Shown: positions 39,128-49,434 of the stretch, one piece after another
How the letters are laid out: each line of letters opens with the position of its first letter
How positions within the stretch are numbered: position 1 is the stretch's first letter
Assembly (NCBI GenBank): GCA_965248195.1
Contig: CBDFIQ010000002.1
Location: 1,856,001-1,920,000, forward strand
Direction: 5' to 3'
DNA: 64,000 nt
From: Longimicrobiales bacterium
GTDB lineage: Bacteria; Gemmatimonadota; Gemmatimonadetes; Longimicrobiales; Gaopeijiaceae
Notes under the pieces: model-generated
Told to the model about the DNA's origin: nothing
What the model saw: only the letters and a program-made list of their open reading frames with translations
Database searches by the model: none
Position numbers and translations under genes: made by a program

Positions 39128-41695
39128 TCAAACGGACCCACGCGCTCCAGAGAATCGTCGCCAAAACCACGGCGCACGGCGAACCGCAACATCCATGAAA
39201 AAGCTAAACAGAGCCAGGGCGGAGAGCCACGGCCACAGGGGTGTGGGTACCGAGGCCGTCTCTCCGTAGTCTTCGAAAATCTCTCCCACGTCCGGTAAGA
39301 ATTCCCCTCCGGTTTGCACAGCAATCTCATTCAGCAGGTCGTTATTGGCAGGATAGAGCCGGAATTCGTCCCCATACCTGTAATAGAGAGCCTGCGAGCG
39401 GTCCTCGATACCGTTGCCCGACAACTCGAATCGATACGGCTCCTCGCCAGGAGCGCCGAGGACGTGCCGAGCCTGAAACGTTCCCGGGCCAATCTGTTGG
39501 AAGGACAAAGGCACCGCCTCCGCTCCGGGTCCGACCAGTCGTAGCTGCGGGTCCAGATCGGTACGGTAGGCACCCTCCTCGGTGAGCGCACTCACCGTGA
39601 TGAAGGCCTCATCCCCGACCCGCTCTACGACGAAATCCAACTCGCCGCCGCCGTCACGCCTCATCGTTTCTCGGACCAGTTGGGACCAAAATTTTCCATA
39701 CCCATCCCACGTCAGCCAATCGGCGGCCCAGCGGTTCTTGACGTCCGATGTAAAGACGGCGGTCCTGCCCAATCCATACCGCCACCGCGCCAGCAGTGGG
39801 TTCTCCGAATCGGATTGGATGAGCACCTCGGCGGTCTCCTTCGCCAGCGTCCTCACGTAGCCTCGGAGAGCCGGCGCCGCATCCAGGTCGATGTCGGTGA
39901 AGGCCTCGATGGAGGTGATTACCGTAGTCTCGACGGCCTCTTCCACCAACGTGGACTGCGAGGCGATCTGGGTTTCCTGGATGAAGATTCGCGGAACCCG
40001 GTCAGCGTCTTGAATGAAGTAGGCACGCCCCCTTCCCCAAGTTGCAATATTCCCCAGTAGTTCTCTATCCGCCTCCTGGCCCACCGCCACGGACGAGACG
40101 GTGATGTCCGAATCGGACATCAACGAAACGAGCTCCTCGTAATCGTCCGCGTAGGTTTTTCCATCGGACAACAGGATGATGTGCCTCACCTCCGCCTCGG
40201 AGTCCGAAAGAGCCTGGAACGCCGTCTCCAACGCCGGATAAATGTTGGTTTGGGACCCGGCAATGATGCGACTGATGAAGTCGTTCATGCGGGGCTTCTC
40301 GACGGCGAGCTGAAGCGGTACGGTCACGTAGGGAGTATCATCGAAGGTGATCAATCCAAAGCTGTGGGTCGGCTCGAGTAGATCCAGCGCCGCCTTGGCC
40401 GCTTCCTTTGACAATTCGAGTTTCGGGCCCACCATGCTGTAGGACTTATCCAGTACGATGATGAGGGCCAGGTCCTTCCGTTCTTCGTTGATCTCGAACC
40501 AGATGGGAAGTACTTCCTCGATCTCCGACCCGGCATACCCCTCTTCACCATAGCTCGACTCACCGGCGGCGAAAATGAATCCGCCCCCGGAGTCTCGGAC
40601 GTATTCGAGGATGGCGTTCACCTGATCGCTACCCAACGCGTCCATGGGTACGTCACTCAGCAGCATGAGGTCGAAATTTTCAAGAGCCGCAGCCGTCTCC
40701 GGCAGTGATTGAGGGCCCACGACGGTGACGTCCATGCCCTCCGCGGAGAGCGCGTCTCTCAGGTACTGGGCGCTGGCCAGTCGACCCTCGACGTAGAGTA
40801 TGCGGGGGCGTGCGCCAACGGAGATCGCCCGTGTATGAAGGTCATTTTGGCCGAGCGGGTCGTTCTCACTTCGGAGCTGTCCCGAAAGCGTTCCCGCGCC
40901 GCCGCCCGGAAGCCGTACCTCGAAATCGACCTCGTTGAGTCCGGGCTCGAGGCTCACCTCGCGGCTCTCGAGGGTCAGGTCGTCACCCACGAGTGCGACG
41001 GTGGCAGTGGTGGCCACGCGGCTGAACACACTTACGGTCGCGGTCACCGGCTCCTGCTCGCGGATCTCATCGGGTAGATCGATCGCTTCGACCCAGCTGT
41101 CCCCTTCCCCCCGAACCGTGGCGGGAAGCGTGAACACACGGACATCGTTTTCCTGCGCCTCCCCCAACAGCCGAGACACGTTCCCCGCATTCTCGTTGCC
41201 GTCCGTAATCAATACGAGGCGCTTGAGGTAGCGGGGATCGAAGCTCCGGAGCGCGTGCGACAGGGCCGTTTCGAGATTCGTAACGCTCTGGTCGATCGAA
41301 CGGTTGGCTCCATCGGCCGAGACTTCGACCGACCGGATCGCCTCGGCGGTAGCCACGGCCTGAGCCGACCCACCAAAGGCGAGGAAGGCCGCGTGCGCTG
41401 GATCCCCCCGGGCATTCGTCGAGGCGATCCAATCGATGGCCGTATCGACGAACGCCGGATCGATGCTGCTTGATACGTCGAGCGCGTAAACGATGGACAT
41501 CCACTTGCCCGACCGGTGCCAGACGGGCTCGATGAGGGCGGAAACCAACAAGACCACGACCGCAATCCGAAACGCGGCGGCCACCGTGCGATGCCGGCGC
41601 GACGACCCCAACGTAGAGCGCTGAGACAGCCGCCAAATGAATGGGACCGCCACCAATCCCAGAATCGGCCACCACCGAGCGAACTCGATACTCAT
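39128..41695 (-). CDS. Membrane-anchored double-VWA protein with a GATase-like central domain
   Basis: MIDAS-like LDVSSS and LDKSYSM; LITDGNEN and LLSDG; GLGRTAVFTSD...RWA.DW; ATGA coupling. Confidence 0.85.
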   Translation of the reverse strand: MSIEFARWWPILGLVAVPFIWRLSQRSTLGSSRRHRTVAAAFRIAVVVLLVSALIEPVWHRSGKWMSIVYALDVSSSIDPAFVDTAIDWIASTNARGDPAHAAFLAFGGSAQAVATAEAIRSVEVSADGANRSIDQSVTNLETALSHALRSFDPRYLKRLVLITDGNENAGNVSRLLGEAQENDVRVFTLPATVRGEGDSWVEAIDLPDEIREQEPVTATVSVFSRVATTATVALVGDDLTLESREVSLEPGLNEVDFEVRLPGGGAGTLSGQLRSENDPLGQNDLHTRAISVGARPRILYVEGRLASAQYLRDALSAEGMDVTVVGPQSLPETAAALENFDLMLLSDVPMDALGSDQVNAILEYVRDSGGGFIFAAGESSYGEEGYAGSEIEEVLPIWFEINEERKDLALIIVLDKSYSMVGPKLELSKEAAKAALDLLEPTHSFGLITFDDTPYVTVPLQLAVEKPRMNDFISRIIAGSQTNIYPALETAFQALSDSEAEVRHIILLSDGKTYADDYEELVSLMSDSDITVSSVAVGQEADRELLGNIATWGRGRAYFIQDADRVPRIFIQETQIASQSTLVEEAVETTVITSIEAFTDIDLDAAPALRGYVRTLAKETAEVLIQSDSENPLLARWRYGLGRTAVFTSDVKNRWAADWLTWDGYGKFWSQLVRETMRRDGGGELDFVVERVGDEAFITVSALTEEGAYRTDLDPQLRLVGPGAEAVPLSFQQIGPGTFQARHVLGAPGEEPYRFELSGNGIEDRSQALYYRYGDEFRLYPANNDLLNEIAVQTGGEFLPDVGEIFEDYGETASVPTPLWPWLSALALFSFFMDVAVRRAPWFWRRFSGARGSV

Positions 41696-43536
41696 ACGGT
41701 CAGTCGTCTGTGGTAGGTGACCCACTCCGCCACCACCAACAGCAGGGCCAGGAGGAGGAGGAAAATCCATAATTCCTCGCTGGGACCCGGCTCCGCCCCT
41801 GCCACCACGATCGGGGGGGCGGCCGTGATCTCGCCAGAGGCGAGGCCCGAATCGTTGACGGAGGAACGCTCGGCACTGGCCAGGTTGACGGCCACTCGAA
41901 GCCGTCTTTCGCCCTCGGCCACCACCGTATAGAGGCCCGGCTGATCCGCCAGGAAGACCGTGCGATCGGACAGCGGCCAAGCGACGATCTCGCTGCCCTC
42001 GAGGTCCGTGACGGCGGCCATAGGAAGTGGCACCTCGACCCGGCCCGGCGCTCGAGCCAGGGCAACCTGCTCATCCGTCAACCACTGCATGGCGTTCGCG
42101 AGGAAGATCGGGAAGCCCGGGTGGAGTGGAAAATTCGAATCCTCGAGCGCAAACGACACCCGTAGGATCCGATCTTCCTGGTCAGTAACCAAAATCAGCG
42201 GCAGCGACCTGTTCCCGACAACGATCTCAGAGACCGGCACCCTTCCCGGTTCACCCACAGAGGACTGTGGCCTCGACTGACTCTCCGCGGGCACCGCAAT
42301 TCGTGCCGCCCGATCGATACGTAGATCCTCCAGCGCCACGAAGCGGAGCACCCGATGAGCTGGATTCCAACCCGGTACCTCCGGAACCTCCACGACATCG
42401 AGCGTCGGGGTCAGCCACTCCACGTTGGGCGGCAAGAACAGCAAGGCCGGTCCACGCGGTGCCTGAGGGGGAGCGAAGCGATCGAAGATGTATACGTCCG
42501 CCGAGACCTGGGGGCTGTATTGGGCGGGGCGCATCACCTCCAGAGACAACCTCGGTTCGTTCGCCAATACGTTTTCGAGGTACAGGCTGCCCGGCGTGAT
42601 CAGCGCGACCCGGGTCTGAGTCCGGATCGGTAAGAACCCAAATGCGTAGTCGTCGGCAGCGAATGCGTCGGAGTCCGCCGTAACCACGGCTCGCACGGGG
42701 CCGCGCCCGAAGCCATCCAATTCGATGAACCGCGCCCGTGTCTCACCCGCCTGGAGGGTGAGCGTGTCGCGTATTCCGCCCTCAACGCTTCCAGTCAGCC
42801 GAAGTGTGATCCGCTTCGCCACGGGCGACGCATTTTTCACTTGGACAAAAGCATGGTAGCGCGTCGGTTCGGACGGTAACGCTTCGATTTCAAAAACCGT
42901 GATGCCAACATTGTGGGCAGGCTCGAACACGGAAATCAACGTCGCCTCTGGCGGAATCCCGTCCACCATTACGCCATCCGAAACGAAAAATACCTCAGAC
43001 TCGACCTCGGGCAGATCCGGGAACTCGGGCTCACCACCCAGGGACACGGTGAGTCCAGCGAGCGCCTCCAAGGCCGAGCGCCGGTCGCCGGGCTCCCTGG
43101 GCGGGGCCTGGCCCGACGTGTCGAGAATAAGGAATTTTCCGCTCGCGCTCCCTTGTCTCAAGAATCGGCCCGCATGCGCCACCGCGTGCTCCCAACGCGT
43201 GAACCCGTCCCCCGTGCGGGTTGCCATGGTAGCGGAATTATCGATCACGACCGTGATGTTGCGAATATCTCTACTTGGGGAGGAAAGCTCGGGACGCCCG
43301 ATCCCGGCGGCGACGGAAAGTGCGATCGTCAGCGCCAGCATCAGCGAGATCCACCATCGCAATCGGTCGAAGAAGGTGTTCCTCTTCTTCTCCCTGAGTA
43401 GGCGGTCCCAAAGCAACGTCGATGGAACGATGACCCGACGGGGAGGCGGCTTGAGCCAATACAGGAATACGACAGCAGCCACCGTAGAGCCCAGCAGGAT
43501 TCCCACCATCCCCGCGCTCATCCCGAGAAATATCAT
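41692..43536 (-). CDS. BatA/VWA domain protein
   Basis: N-terminal LYWLK...VPSTLLW, VIDNSATM, FPIFLAN, C-terminal TM ending in EW; ATGA coupling. Confidence 0.82.
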   Translation of the reverse strand: MIFLGMSAGMVGILLGSTVAAVVFLYWLKPPPRRVIVPSTLLWDRLLREKKRNTFFDRLRWWISLMLALTIALSVAAGIGRPELSSPSRDIRNITVVIDNSATMATRTGDGFTRWEHAVAHAGRFLRQGSASGKFLILDTSGQAPPREPGDRRSALEALAGLTVSLGGEPEFPDLPEVESEVFFVSDGVMVDGIPPEATLISVFEPAHNVGITVFEIEALPSEPTRYHAFVQVKNASPVAKRITLRLTGSVEGGIRDTLTLQAGETRARFIELDGFGRGPVRAVVTADSDAFAADDYAFGFLPIRTQTRVALITPGSLYLENVLANEPRLSLEVMRPAQYSPQVSADVYIFDRFAPPQAPRGPALLFLPPNVEWLTPTLDVVEVPEVPGWNPAHRVLRFVALEDLRIDRAARIAVPAESQSRPQSSVGEPGRVPVSEIVVGNRSLPLILVTDQEDRILRVSFALEDSNFPLHPGFPIFLANAMQWLTDEQVALARAPGRVEVPLPMAAVTDLEGSEIVAWPLSDRTVFLADQPGLYTVVAEGERRLRVAVNLASAERSSVNDSGLASGEITAAPPIVVAGAEPGPSEELWIFLLLLALLLVVAEWVTYHRRLTV

Positions 43537-44423
43537 CTGAGGAACCGGCCCTGGCGGAAAACCTGGAGAATCAGGTCCTCGAAGGGGACATCGGTCGTGG
43601 CCCGTAGGTAGCCCCAACCGTGCTTCCGACAATAGGCGCCGACTTCCTCACAGTGCTCGTCGAACTGGTCGGCGTAGGCCTCGAGGAGCGCCGGCGTAAT
43701 CCTGACGCGCTGGGAGGTCCCGAGCTCCGCATCTTCGAGAAGCACCTCGTCGGGAAGGTCGGGCTGTGCCTCCTCGGGGGTGTGGACATGGACGGCGAAG
43801 AGATCTTGGCGGAAGAAGCGGAGCATATCGAACGCCTTGGCGAACCCCTCCTCATCCAAGAAATCGGACACCACCACCACCAGTCCGCGGCGCCGGCGAG
43901 AGGAGAAGAAACCCCTGAACGCTTTCTCCATCGAGGTCGCCCCACGAGCTTCAACGGACTCCAGAAAACGGAATGCGTGCCAGACCTGGTGCTTCCCCCG
44001 ACGTGCGGAGAGCTCCTGGGCAATTCCGTCGGCGAAACCCACGAGGTTGACGCGGTCCTGGTTCAGGAGCCCGACGTAGCACAGTGCCGCTGAGATTTTT
44101 CGAGCGTAGTCGAACTTCGCGGGCGCACCGTAATCCATTGATGCACTCGCGTCGAAGAAGATGTAAATGGGAAGGTCCGCGTCCTCCTCAAAGAGCCTCA
44201 GAATCAGCTTGTCGGTGCGCAAGTACGTACGCCAATCGACGTTCTTGGTGTCTTCCCCCGATACGTATTGCCGGTAGTCGGCAAACTCGATCCCCGAGTC
44301 GGTCTTTTTCTTGGCCCGATGCTCCCCATGCAGGTGTCCGGGGATCATGTGGTTGGAGACGAGGTTGAGGTATTCGAGCTTCTTCAAGAACTCGTCGTCG
44401 AAGAGCGTTCCGTTCTCACCCAT
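43533..44423 (-). CDS. DUF58 domain protein
   Basis: EFADYRQY..GED...VDW, DASASM, VVVSDF. Confidence 0.92.
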   Translation of the reverse strand: MGENGTLFDDEFLKKLEYLNLVSNHMIPGHLHGEHRAKKKTDSGIEFADYRQYVSGEDTKNVDWRTYLRTDKLILRLFEEDADLPIYIFFDASASMDYGAPAKFDYARKISAALCYVGLLNQDRVNLVGFADGIAQELSARRGKHQVWHAFRFLESVEARGATSMEKAFRGFFSSRRRRGLVVVVSDFLDEEGFAKAFDMLRFFRQDLFAVHVHTPEEAQPDLPDEVLLEDAELGTSQRVRITPALLEAYADQFDEHCEEVGAYCRKHGWGYLRATTDVPFEDLILQVFRQGRFLR

Positions 44424-44447
44424 TCGATGAAGGCCGGGCTCCCCGAC

Positions 44448-45446
44448 TTACTCCGAGGGTTCTGGAGTGTCCTTCATGATCGCCTCCAGGATCGTGTCGG
44501 TGTCGATTCGCTCCGCCTCGCCCTCGAAGTTGAGCAGCACGCGGTGGCGCAGCGCGGGAAGCATGAAGGCACGAATATCCTCGCAGGACACATGGACACG
44601 GCCGTTGAGCAACGCGCTTACTTTGCCCCCGATCACGAGCGTCTGGGTTCCGCGCGGACTCGCCCCAAAACGGGCGTACCGCTGCGTCAGCGGGTGCGTG
44701 TGCTCCGTGTCGGGATGGGTTGCAAGTGTCAGGCGGATCGCGTAGTCCTGAATGGCTCGTGCGATCGGAACCGAGCGAGCCGTGTCGCGCATCACCAGAA
44801 TCTGATCGCGGTCGAGCACCATCTCCGCCTCGGGCTCTTCGCGGCGGGTGGTCCGATCCATGATTTCGTGCATGTGATGCGCTTCCGGGTACTCGATCTT
44901 AAGCTTGTAGAAGAACCGGTCGAGCTGTGCTTCGGGCAGCGGGTAGGTCCCTTCCATCTCGAGCGGATTCTGAGTGGCGAGAACGAAAAAAGGAGGGGGG
45001 AGACGGTGCGTCGTAGTACCCACCGTGACGCTGCGCTCCTGCATCGCCTCCAGGAGCGCAGATTGGGTCTTCGGGGTGGCACGATTGATCTCGTCGGCCA
45101 GGAGGATGTGGGTAAAGATCGGTCCTCGTTGGAACGCGAGATGTTTTTCGCCGGTGTCGCTCTCGTGCACCACGTCACTCCCCACAATGTCGCCCGGCAT
45201 GAGGTCCGGCGTGAACTGGATGCGTGAGAAAGTCAGATGCAGAACGTCCGCCACCGTCGCTACGATCTTGGTCTTTCCGATCCCCGGAATTCCCTCGAGC
45301 AGCACATGTCCCTTGGCGATCAAGCTGATCAGGGTTCCGTCGATGACCTCATCACATCCGACGATGACCCTCCCGATCTCGTCCTTGACCTTCTGAAACT
45401 GCTCAGTGAACTCACTGACCTGAGTGTCGAGTTGCGTTGTCGTCAT
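44448..45446 (-). CDS. MoxR family AAA+ ATPase
   Basis: GHVLLEGIPGIGKT, RIQFTPDLMP.D, DEINRATPKTQSALLEAMQE, EGTYPLPEAQLDRF. Confidence 0.95.
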   Translation of the reverse strand: MTTTQLDTQVSEFTEQFQKVKDEIGRVIVGCDEVIDGTLISLIAKGHVLLEGIPGIGKTKIVATVADVLHLTFSRIQFTPDLMPGDIVGSDVVHESDTGEKHLAFQRGPIFTHILLADEINRATPKTQSALLEAMQERSVTVGTTTHRLPPPFFVLATQNPLEMEGTYPLPEAQLDRFFYKLKIEYPEAHHMHEIMDRTTRREEPEAEMVLDRDQILVMRDTARSVPIARAIQDYAIRLTLATHPDTEHTHPLTQRYARFGASPRGTQTLVIGGKVSALLNGRVHVSCEDIRAFMLPALRHRVLLNFEGEAERIDTDTILEAIMKDTPEPSE

Positions 45447-47035
45447 TTTCTCTCGTCGGGCCGAATGGCCAAGAAATATTTTTTTACCAGGCTCCGGTAC
45501 CGCCAAGGAATTCGCTCGGCGTTCAACGCCGAGCCCTGGGAGTAGCGTAAGGGCGCCCGCACGTCACGGTACTGCACGATGGAAGCTTGCTGACGACTGG
45601 CCTCCTGGAAGAGATCTTCGGGGTCCAACTCCTGGTCCTCTTCTGAGTCAGGCGGGGTACCGTCCATCACCTCGAGCGCGAATTGCGCTTCCAACGTCGT
45701 GCTGGCGCCGAGTTCGAGATCACCACCTGACGGATCCCCCGTCGCATTGCCCGCCGGGCCAGTCTGGGTCCCTGGCGAGCCGCCCTCAGACCGTGTGACC
45801 TCGGAGGATGGTGCGGCCATCGACGCATCGGTTCGCTCGCCGGCGACGGATTGGCTCTGAGCCATCTGCATCTGCATCTGTCCCGGCGAACCCCCGGGCT
45901 GCTGGGCCAGTGCCTCCTGCATCGCCTGAGCCGCCTCTGCGGCCTCGTTATTCGCTTCCTGGCGTGCCCGCCCTTGAGCGATTTCCTCGAGCGCAGCCGC
46001 CACCCGGTCCATCGCCTCTTGGGCATCGGAGAGGCGGTCCTCCGACATGGCGTTGGCGGCCTCTTGCAACGCCGCGAGCAACTGGTCGATGACCGGCTCA
46101 TCGATCTCCGAGGCTTCCTGCAGACGAGCTTCCAACCCCGCCAATTCCTGGCCGTCCAGGTCGCCTAGTCGCTCGGCGAGATCCCGCAAGAGATCAGCCG
46201 CGTCTGTAAGTTCCTGGTTCATCAGAGCGTTGACGAATTCGGCTAGCTCGCTCGATCCCGCAAACTCCGCTACCAACTCGTCGAGGGCGTCGCGAGTGGC
46301 AGTCATCTCCAGATTCCCCTCGTCGAGTGCATCCTGCGCCTCCCGCAAATCGCGGAGAAGCTCGTCGAAGGACGTTTCTGCCGCTTCGAGCTCCTCAAGC
46401 GCCGCCTCGAGCAGGGCTTGGGCCTCTTCATCCAAAAGCTCGTCGCCCTCGCCATCGATGAGGTCGCGTAGCTCGTCGGCATACGCTTCCCGTTCACGCT
46501 CAAAGCGAGTGGAGTCCGATTCGGCCGCGAACGTCAGAAGCGGTCCGTCCGAGGGCACGAGCGCCATCGCCTCCACGAGTCCGAAGAGCACCAGCGCGAC
46601 CCCAAACCGCTTGGGGATCGTAACCGGGACCAGGCCCCTCGGATCCAGTCGGCGAGCCGTTTCCGCGGCACGCCCGACCAAGAGATCGGTCCAAGGTGAA
46701 GAGTCGTCCTGTCTCATGAACCAGTACGCGCTCTTTATTTCGTCGTTCAAGCCAGCGCGCAGATCGGCGACCCCGGCGGCGCGCTCGAGCTGCCTACCTC
46801 CGATTTGGGACCAGAGGAGGAACGCCGTGAAGGCAGCAGACCCGGCCGCGACGATCAGGCCGCCCGAGGGCACGCTGACCGGAACCAGGAGCGGCGCCAC
46901 TTCGATAAGCAGAAGGACGCCGAGCACCAAGCAAGTAGCGACGGAAAGGTGGCGGAGCGTCTGGTTGAAGCGAACCTTGAGATCGATACGCCTCAGCACC
47001 GTAGTGATCGTGGACCGCTCGATTGCCCTACTCAC
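45443..47035 (-). CDS. Membrane-anchored acidic coiled-coil protein, first gene of the MoxR operon
   Basis: N-terminal TMs, long E/A/L-rich helical region, C-terminal IP..YR.LVKKYF motif. Confidence 0.75.
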   Translation of the reverse strand: MSRAIERSTITTVLRRIDLKVRFNQTLRHLSVATCLVLGVLLLIEVAPLLVPVSVPSGGLIVAAGSAAFTAFLLWSQIGGRQLERAAGVADLRAGLNDEIKSAYWFMRQDDSSPWTDLLVGRAAETARRLDPRGLVPVTIPKRFGVALVLFGLVEAMALVPSDGPLLTFAAESDSTRFEREREAYADELRDLIDGEGDELLDEEAQALLEAALEELEAAETSFDELLRDLREAQDALDEGNLEMTATRDALDELVAEFAGSSELAEFVNALMNQELTDAADLLRDLAERLGDLDGQELAGLEARLQEASEIDEPVIDQLLAALQEAANAMSEDRLSDAQEAMDRVAAALEEIAQGRARQEANNEAAEAAQAMQEALAQQPGGSPGQMQMQMAQSQSVAGERTDASMAAPSSEVTRSEGGSPGTQTGPAGNATGDPSGGDLELGASTTLEAQFALEVMDGTPPDSEEDQELDPEDLFQEASRQQASIVQYRDVRAPLRYSQGSALNAERIPWRYRSLVKKYFLAIRPDERK

Positions 47036-47158
47036 CAGCGACCTTTTTCGAGGTTGGGCGCCTAGACGTATTGTGAACCATGGGGCACTCCCGGTGGACC
47101 GAGGTAGCAGGCTAAACTGACGCCACCGCAGAAGAGGAGCAAGAGAGGGCCGGCGGTT

Positions 47159-48373
47159 CTATTTCGAAACTGTGTTTCCGCCAGCGTTTTGACCACGGTG
47201 GAGGGCACTGCGAGCGGCCCGGGCGATAGCGCCATATCTGGCGGACCACCCCTCCATACTTGCGTCGCGCTCGGCCACGCCGACAGTCACGGTCAGGGAC
47301 CACTCGGCGGAGGAAGACTCAGCGCCTACACCCCTGCCGTTCTGCGCAGCCTTGGGGTGCATCGCGAACCGAAAGTTTTCGATCTCCGCTCGCAGGTTTT
47401 CGAGATCGCCGAGGACCTCGTTGCGCCCCTTCCCGGCGAAGACCAGCGCGAAATGCTCGCCACTGTAGCGGAAGGGGAGTGCGTGCCGGCCCACCATCTT
47501 CACTTCTTTGGCAATTTCTCTTAGGACGCGGTCGCTCGCGTCCCGTCCATAACGGTCGTGGAGGGTCTTGTAGTGATCGATACCCACCAGGGCCAGCGCA
47601 TAAGAGGGCCCTAAGCGCCTGATCTCGCGCCGCATGGCTCTCCGTGCTGGGAGGAGCGTGACCTTGTCATAGAGGGAGAGCGCGTAGGATTTCTCGAGCA
47701 CGTTTACGATCAGCATGAGACCGGCAATGGTCAGGTAAACCGTAGACTCCACGGATTCGGAACCGCCTCCCAGAGCCAACAGAAGCGCCACGGCGACCCA
47801 AAAGAAGCCCTTGTCCAGGCGATGGCGGCGCCAGCGGGCAAGGCCTCCGATGGCCAGGAGCGTGAACAGGCCTACGATAAGCCCCGCATCCGACAACCGC
47901 AGTCGGGAGAGGTCCCAGGGAAGGAAGGATTGCCAAGTCCATGACAAGAACTCGGGTCGCACAGCCCAGACCATGAGTCCACCGGTCAATCCCGCCAGGA
48001 TGATCGCCGGCTGAACGAGCCCCCGGGCCGAGAGAACTCCCCGATCCTTCATCGCTGTGACCACCGGGAGTAGAAACAGGAACAGCACGCCGCTGGCATC
48101 CCAGACCGACCCAACTCCCGGCTCCAGCGTGGAACTCGAAGGTCGAAGGAGCACGTCCATCATGAAGAGGCCGAGCAGGACCGCCGCCACACGGCTGCGG
48201 CGGAATCGCCAAGCGAGAAAAAACCCGGCGCCGTAGACCGCTAGCGGATACAAGCGGGTCGTCGCTACGAGCCAGGGTGTGTCCGCCGCGAAGGTGGCAA
48301 GTAGGACACTCAGGAGAAGGAAAATCAGACCGGGCCAGACCCAGCCCCGCACGACTTTTACCTTCATCAACAT
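47159..48373 (-). CDS. Multi-TM protein with a degenerate GGDEF domain
   Basis: About 8 hydrophobic segments, then YDKVTLLPARR, GIDHYK..HDRYG..ASDRVL, RYSGEHF, LTVTVGVA. Confidence 0.8.
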   Translation of the reverse strand: MLMKVKVVRGWVWPGLIFLLLSVLLATFAADTPWLVATTRLYPLAVYGAGFFLAWRFRRSRVAAVLLGLFMMDVLLRPSSSTLEPGVGSVWDASGVLFLFLLPVVTAMKDRGVLSARGLVQPAIILAGLTGGLMVWAVRPEFLSWTWQSFLPWDLSRLRLSDAGLIVGLFTLLAIGGLARWRRHRLDKGFFWVAVALLLALGGGSESVESTVYLTIAGLMLIVNVLEKSYALSLYDKVTLLPARRAMRREIRRLGPSYALALVGIDHYKTLHDRYGRDASDRVLREIAKEVKMVGRHALPFRYSGEHFALVFAGKGRNEVLGDLENLRAEIENFRFAMHPKAAQNGRGVGAESSSAEWSLTVTVGVAERDASMEGWSARYGAIARAARSALHRGQNAGGNTVSK

Positions 48374-48522
48374 GTTTTCAGGTGGGAACGCGGTGATGAC
48401 CCTCGAGCCGCACCCGGTAATCGGGGGCCCCACTCGCAGAGGGTCGAAGCCTAGTTAGAAAATTAGGAAGCGATGGGGGGCCGGGGCCAGAAGTTTTTCG
48501 GGAATCGGGGGCTTCCATCAAG

Positions 48523-49434
48523 CTAAATATTGTTTTTCTTCGTGTCCCTGATACGTCGGACATCGAGGTCAACACGGGCCCATATGCGATGCGCAACTTC
48601 AGTCGCATCCTCCTCGAATGCTTTGATTCTGTATCTGGAGATCACTCTAGTCGCGGCGGGTTCGGACCCGTCGACGTTGTGGACCGTGACCCGAATGAGA
48701 TCGCCGTCCACCTCCTCGAGATCTACCTTGAAAGAGTCCAGCATGCCGTCAGGCGAGTGAGCCGCCAGCGCACGGTGGAGATCATTCATCCAGCCGCCCC
48801 TGGTCACCGAAGACTTCCATAGAAGGCCCGGTCGGACGGACTCCCGCCGGAGATCGTCACGAGGGCGTCCCACCTGAGGTGAGGAACCTTTGAGAACCCT
48901 GTCCGTACTGCCGACTTGCGCCTGAAGCCCGGGAAACATGCTGGTTTTCGCAACCGCCTGGAGCCTGCGAACCATGCTCGCTCTTGCAACCGGATTGGAC
49001 GCTACTTTGCCATCGGCCACTGTCTGGAAGGCGGTCCGAAGGTCCTTCCGCCACCGGTCGAGTTGGTGAATCGAGAATTCATACGTAACGGTGTTCGACC
49101 CACTGATATCGAAGGGTAGCTTCTCCCCCTCGGGGATCATCTGGATGATGGGCTCGCCCGTGGCGTGTCGGAGGGCCATTCCATACATGACGTTGCCGTC
49201 GTGGCCGTGGAGGTCCGCGATCACTAGATCGGCTTCGATCAACTTCGTCACGATCCCTTCGGTGACAATACTTGGGTTCTTGTCGTGGATCGCAATCTCG
49301 GCTCGGTAACCGAACTCCTCGGCAACCGGTGCGATTACCTCATTGAAGATCCCGTCCATCCGGTCCCGGGGCTGCGAACCTCGCGGCCCGACCGGGCAAA
49401 CCACGAAACAAAATCTCCTCTTCTCCTCCGCCAT
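48523..49434 (-). CDS. Nucleoside 2-deoxyribosyltransferase/TIR-like domain protein (degenerate) with an unknown C-terminal region
   Basis: CFVVCPVG, IAPVAEEFGY, ADLVIADL, NVMYGMALRHA..EPII, LPFDI pattern. Confidence 0.7.
   Translation of the reverse strand: MAEEKRRFCFVVCPVGPRGSQPRDRMDGIFNEVIAPVAEEFGYRAEIAIHDKNPSIVTEGIVTKLIEADLVIADLHGHDGNVMYGMALRHATGEPIIQMIPEGEKLPFDISGSNTVTYEFSIHQLDRWRKDLRTAFQTVADGKVASNPVARASMVRRLQAVAKTSMFPGLQAQVGSTDRVLKGSSPQVGRPRDDLRRESVRPGLLWKSSVTRGGWMNDLHRALAAHSPDGMLDSFKVDLEEVDGDLIRVTVHNVDGSEPAATRVISRYRIKAFEEDATEVAHRIWARVDLDVRRIRDTKKNNI

Noticed and set aside
2403..45506. ORF-track N-terminal extensions of dedA, ispF, fabH, nuoG, nuoF, nuoE, nuoD, nuoB, nuoA, the VWA genes and MoxR
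   Set aside because: Most extensions overlap the upstream gene (nuoA's runs through its promoter); downstream starts with ATGA/GTGA/TTGA coupling or an RBS fit better.
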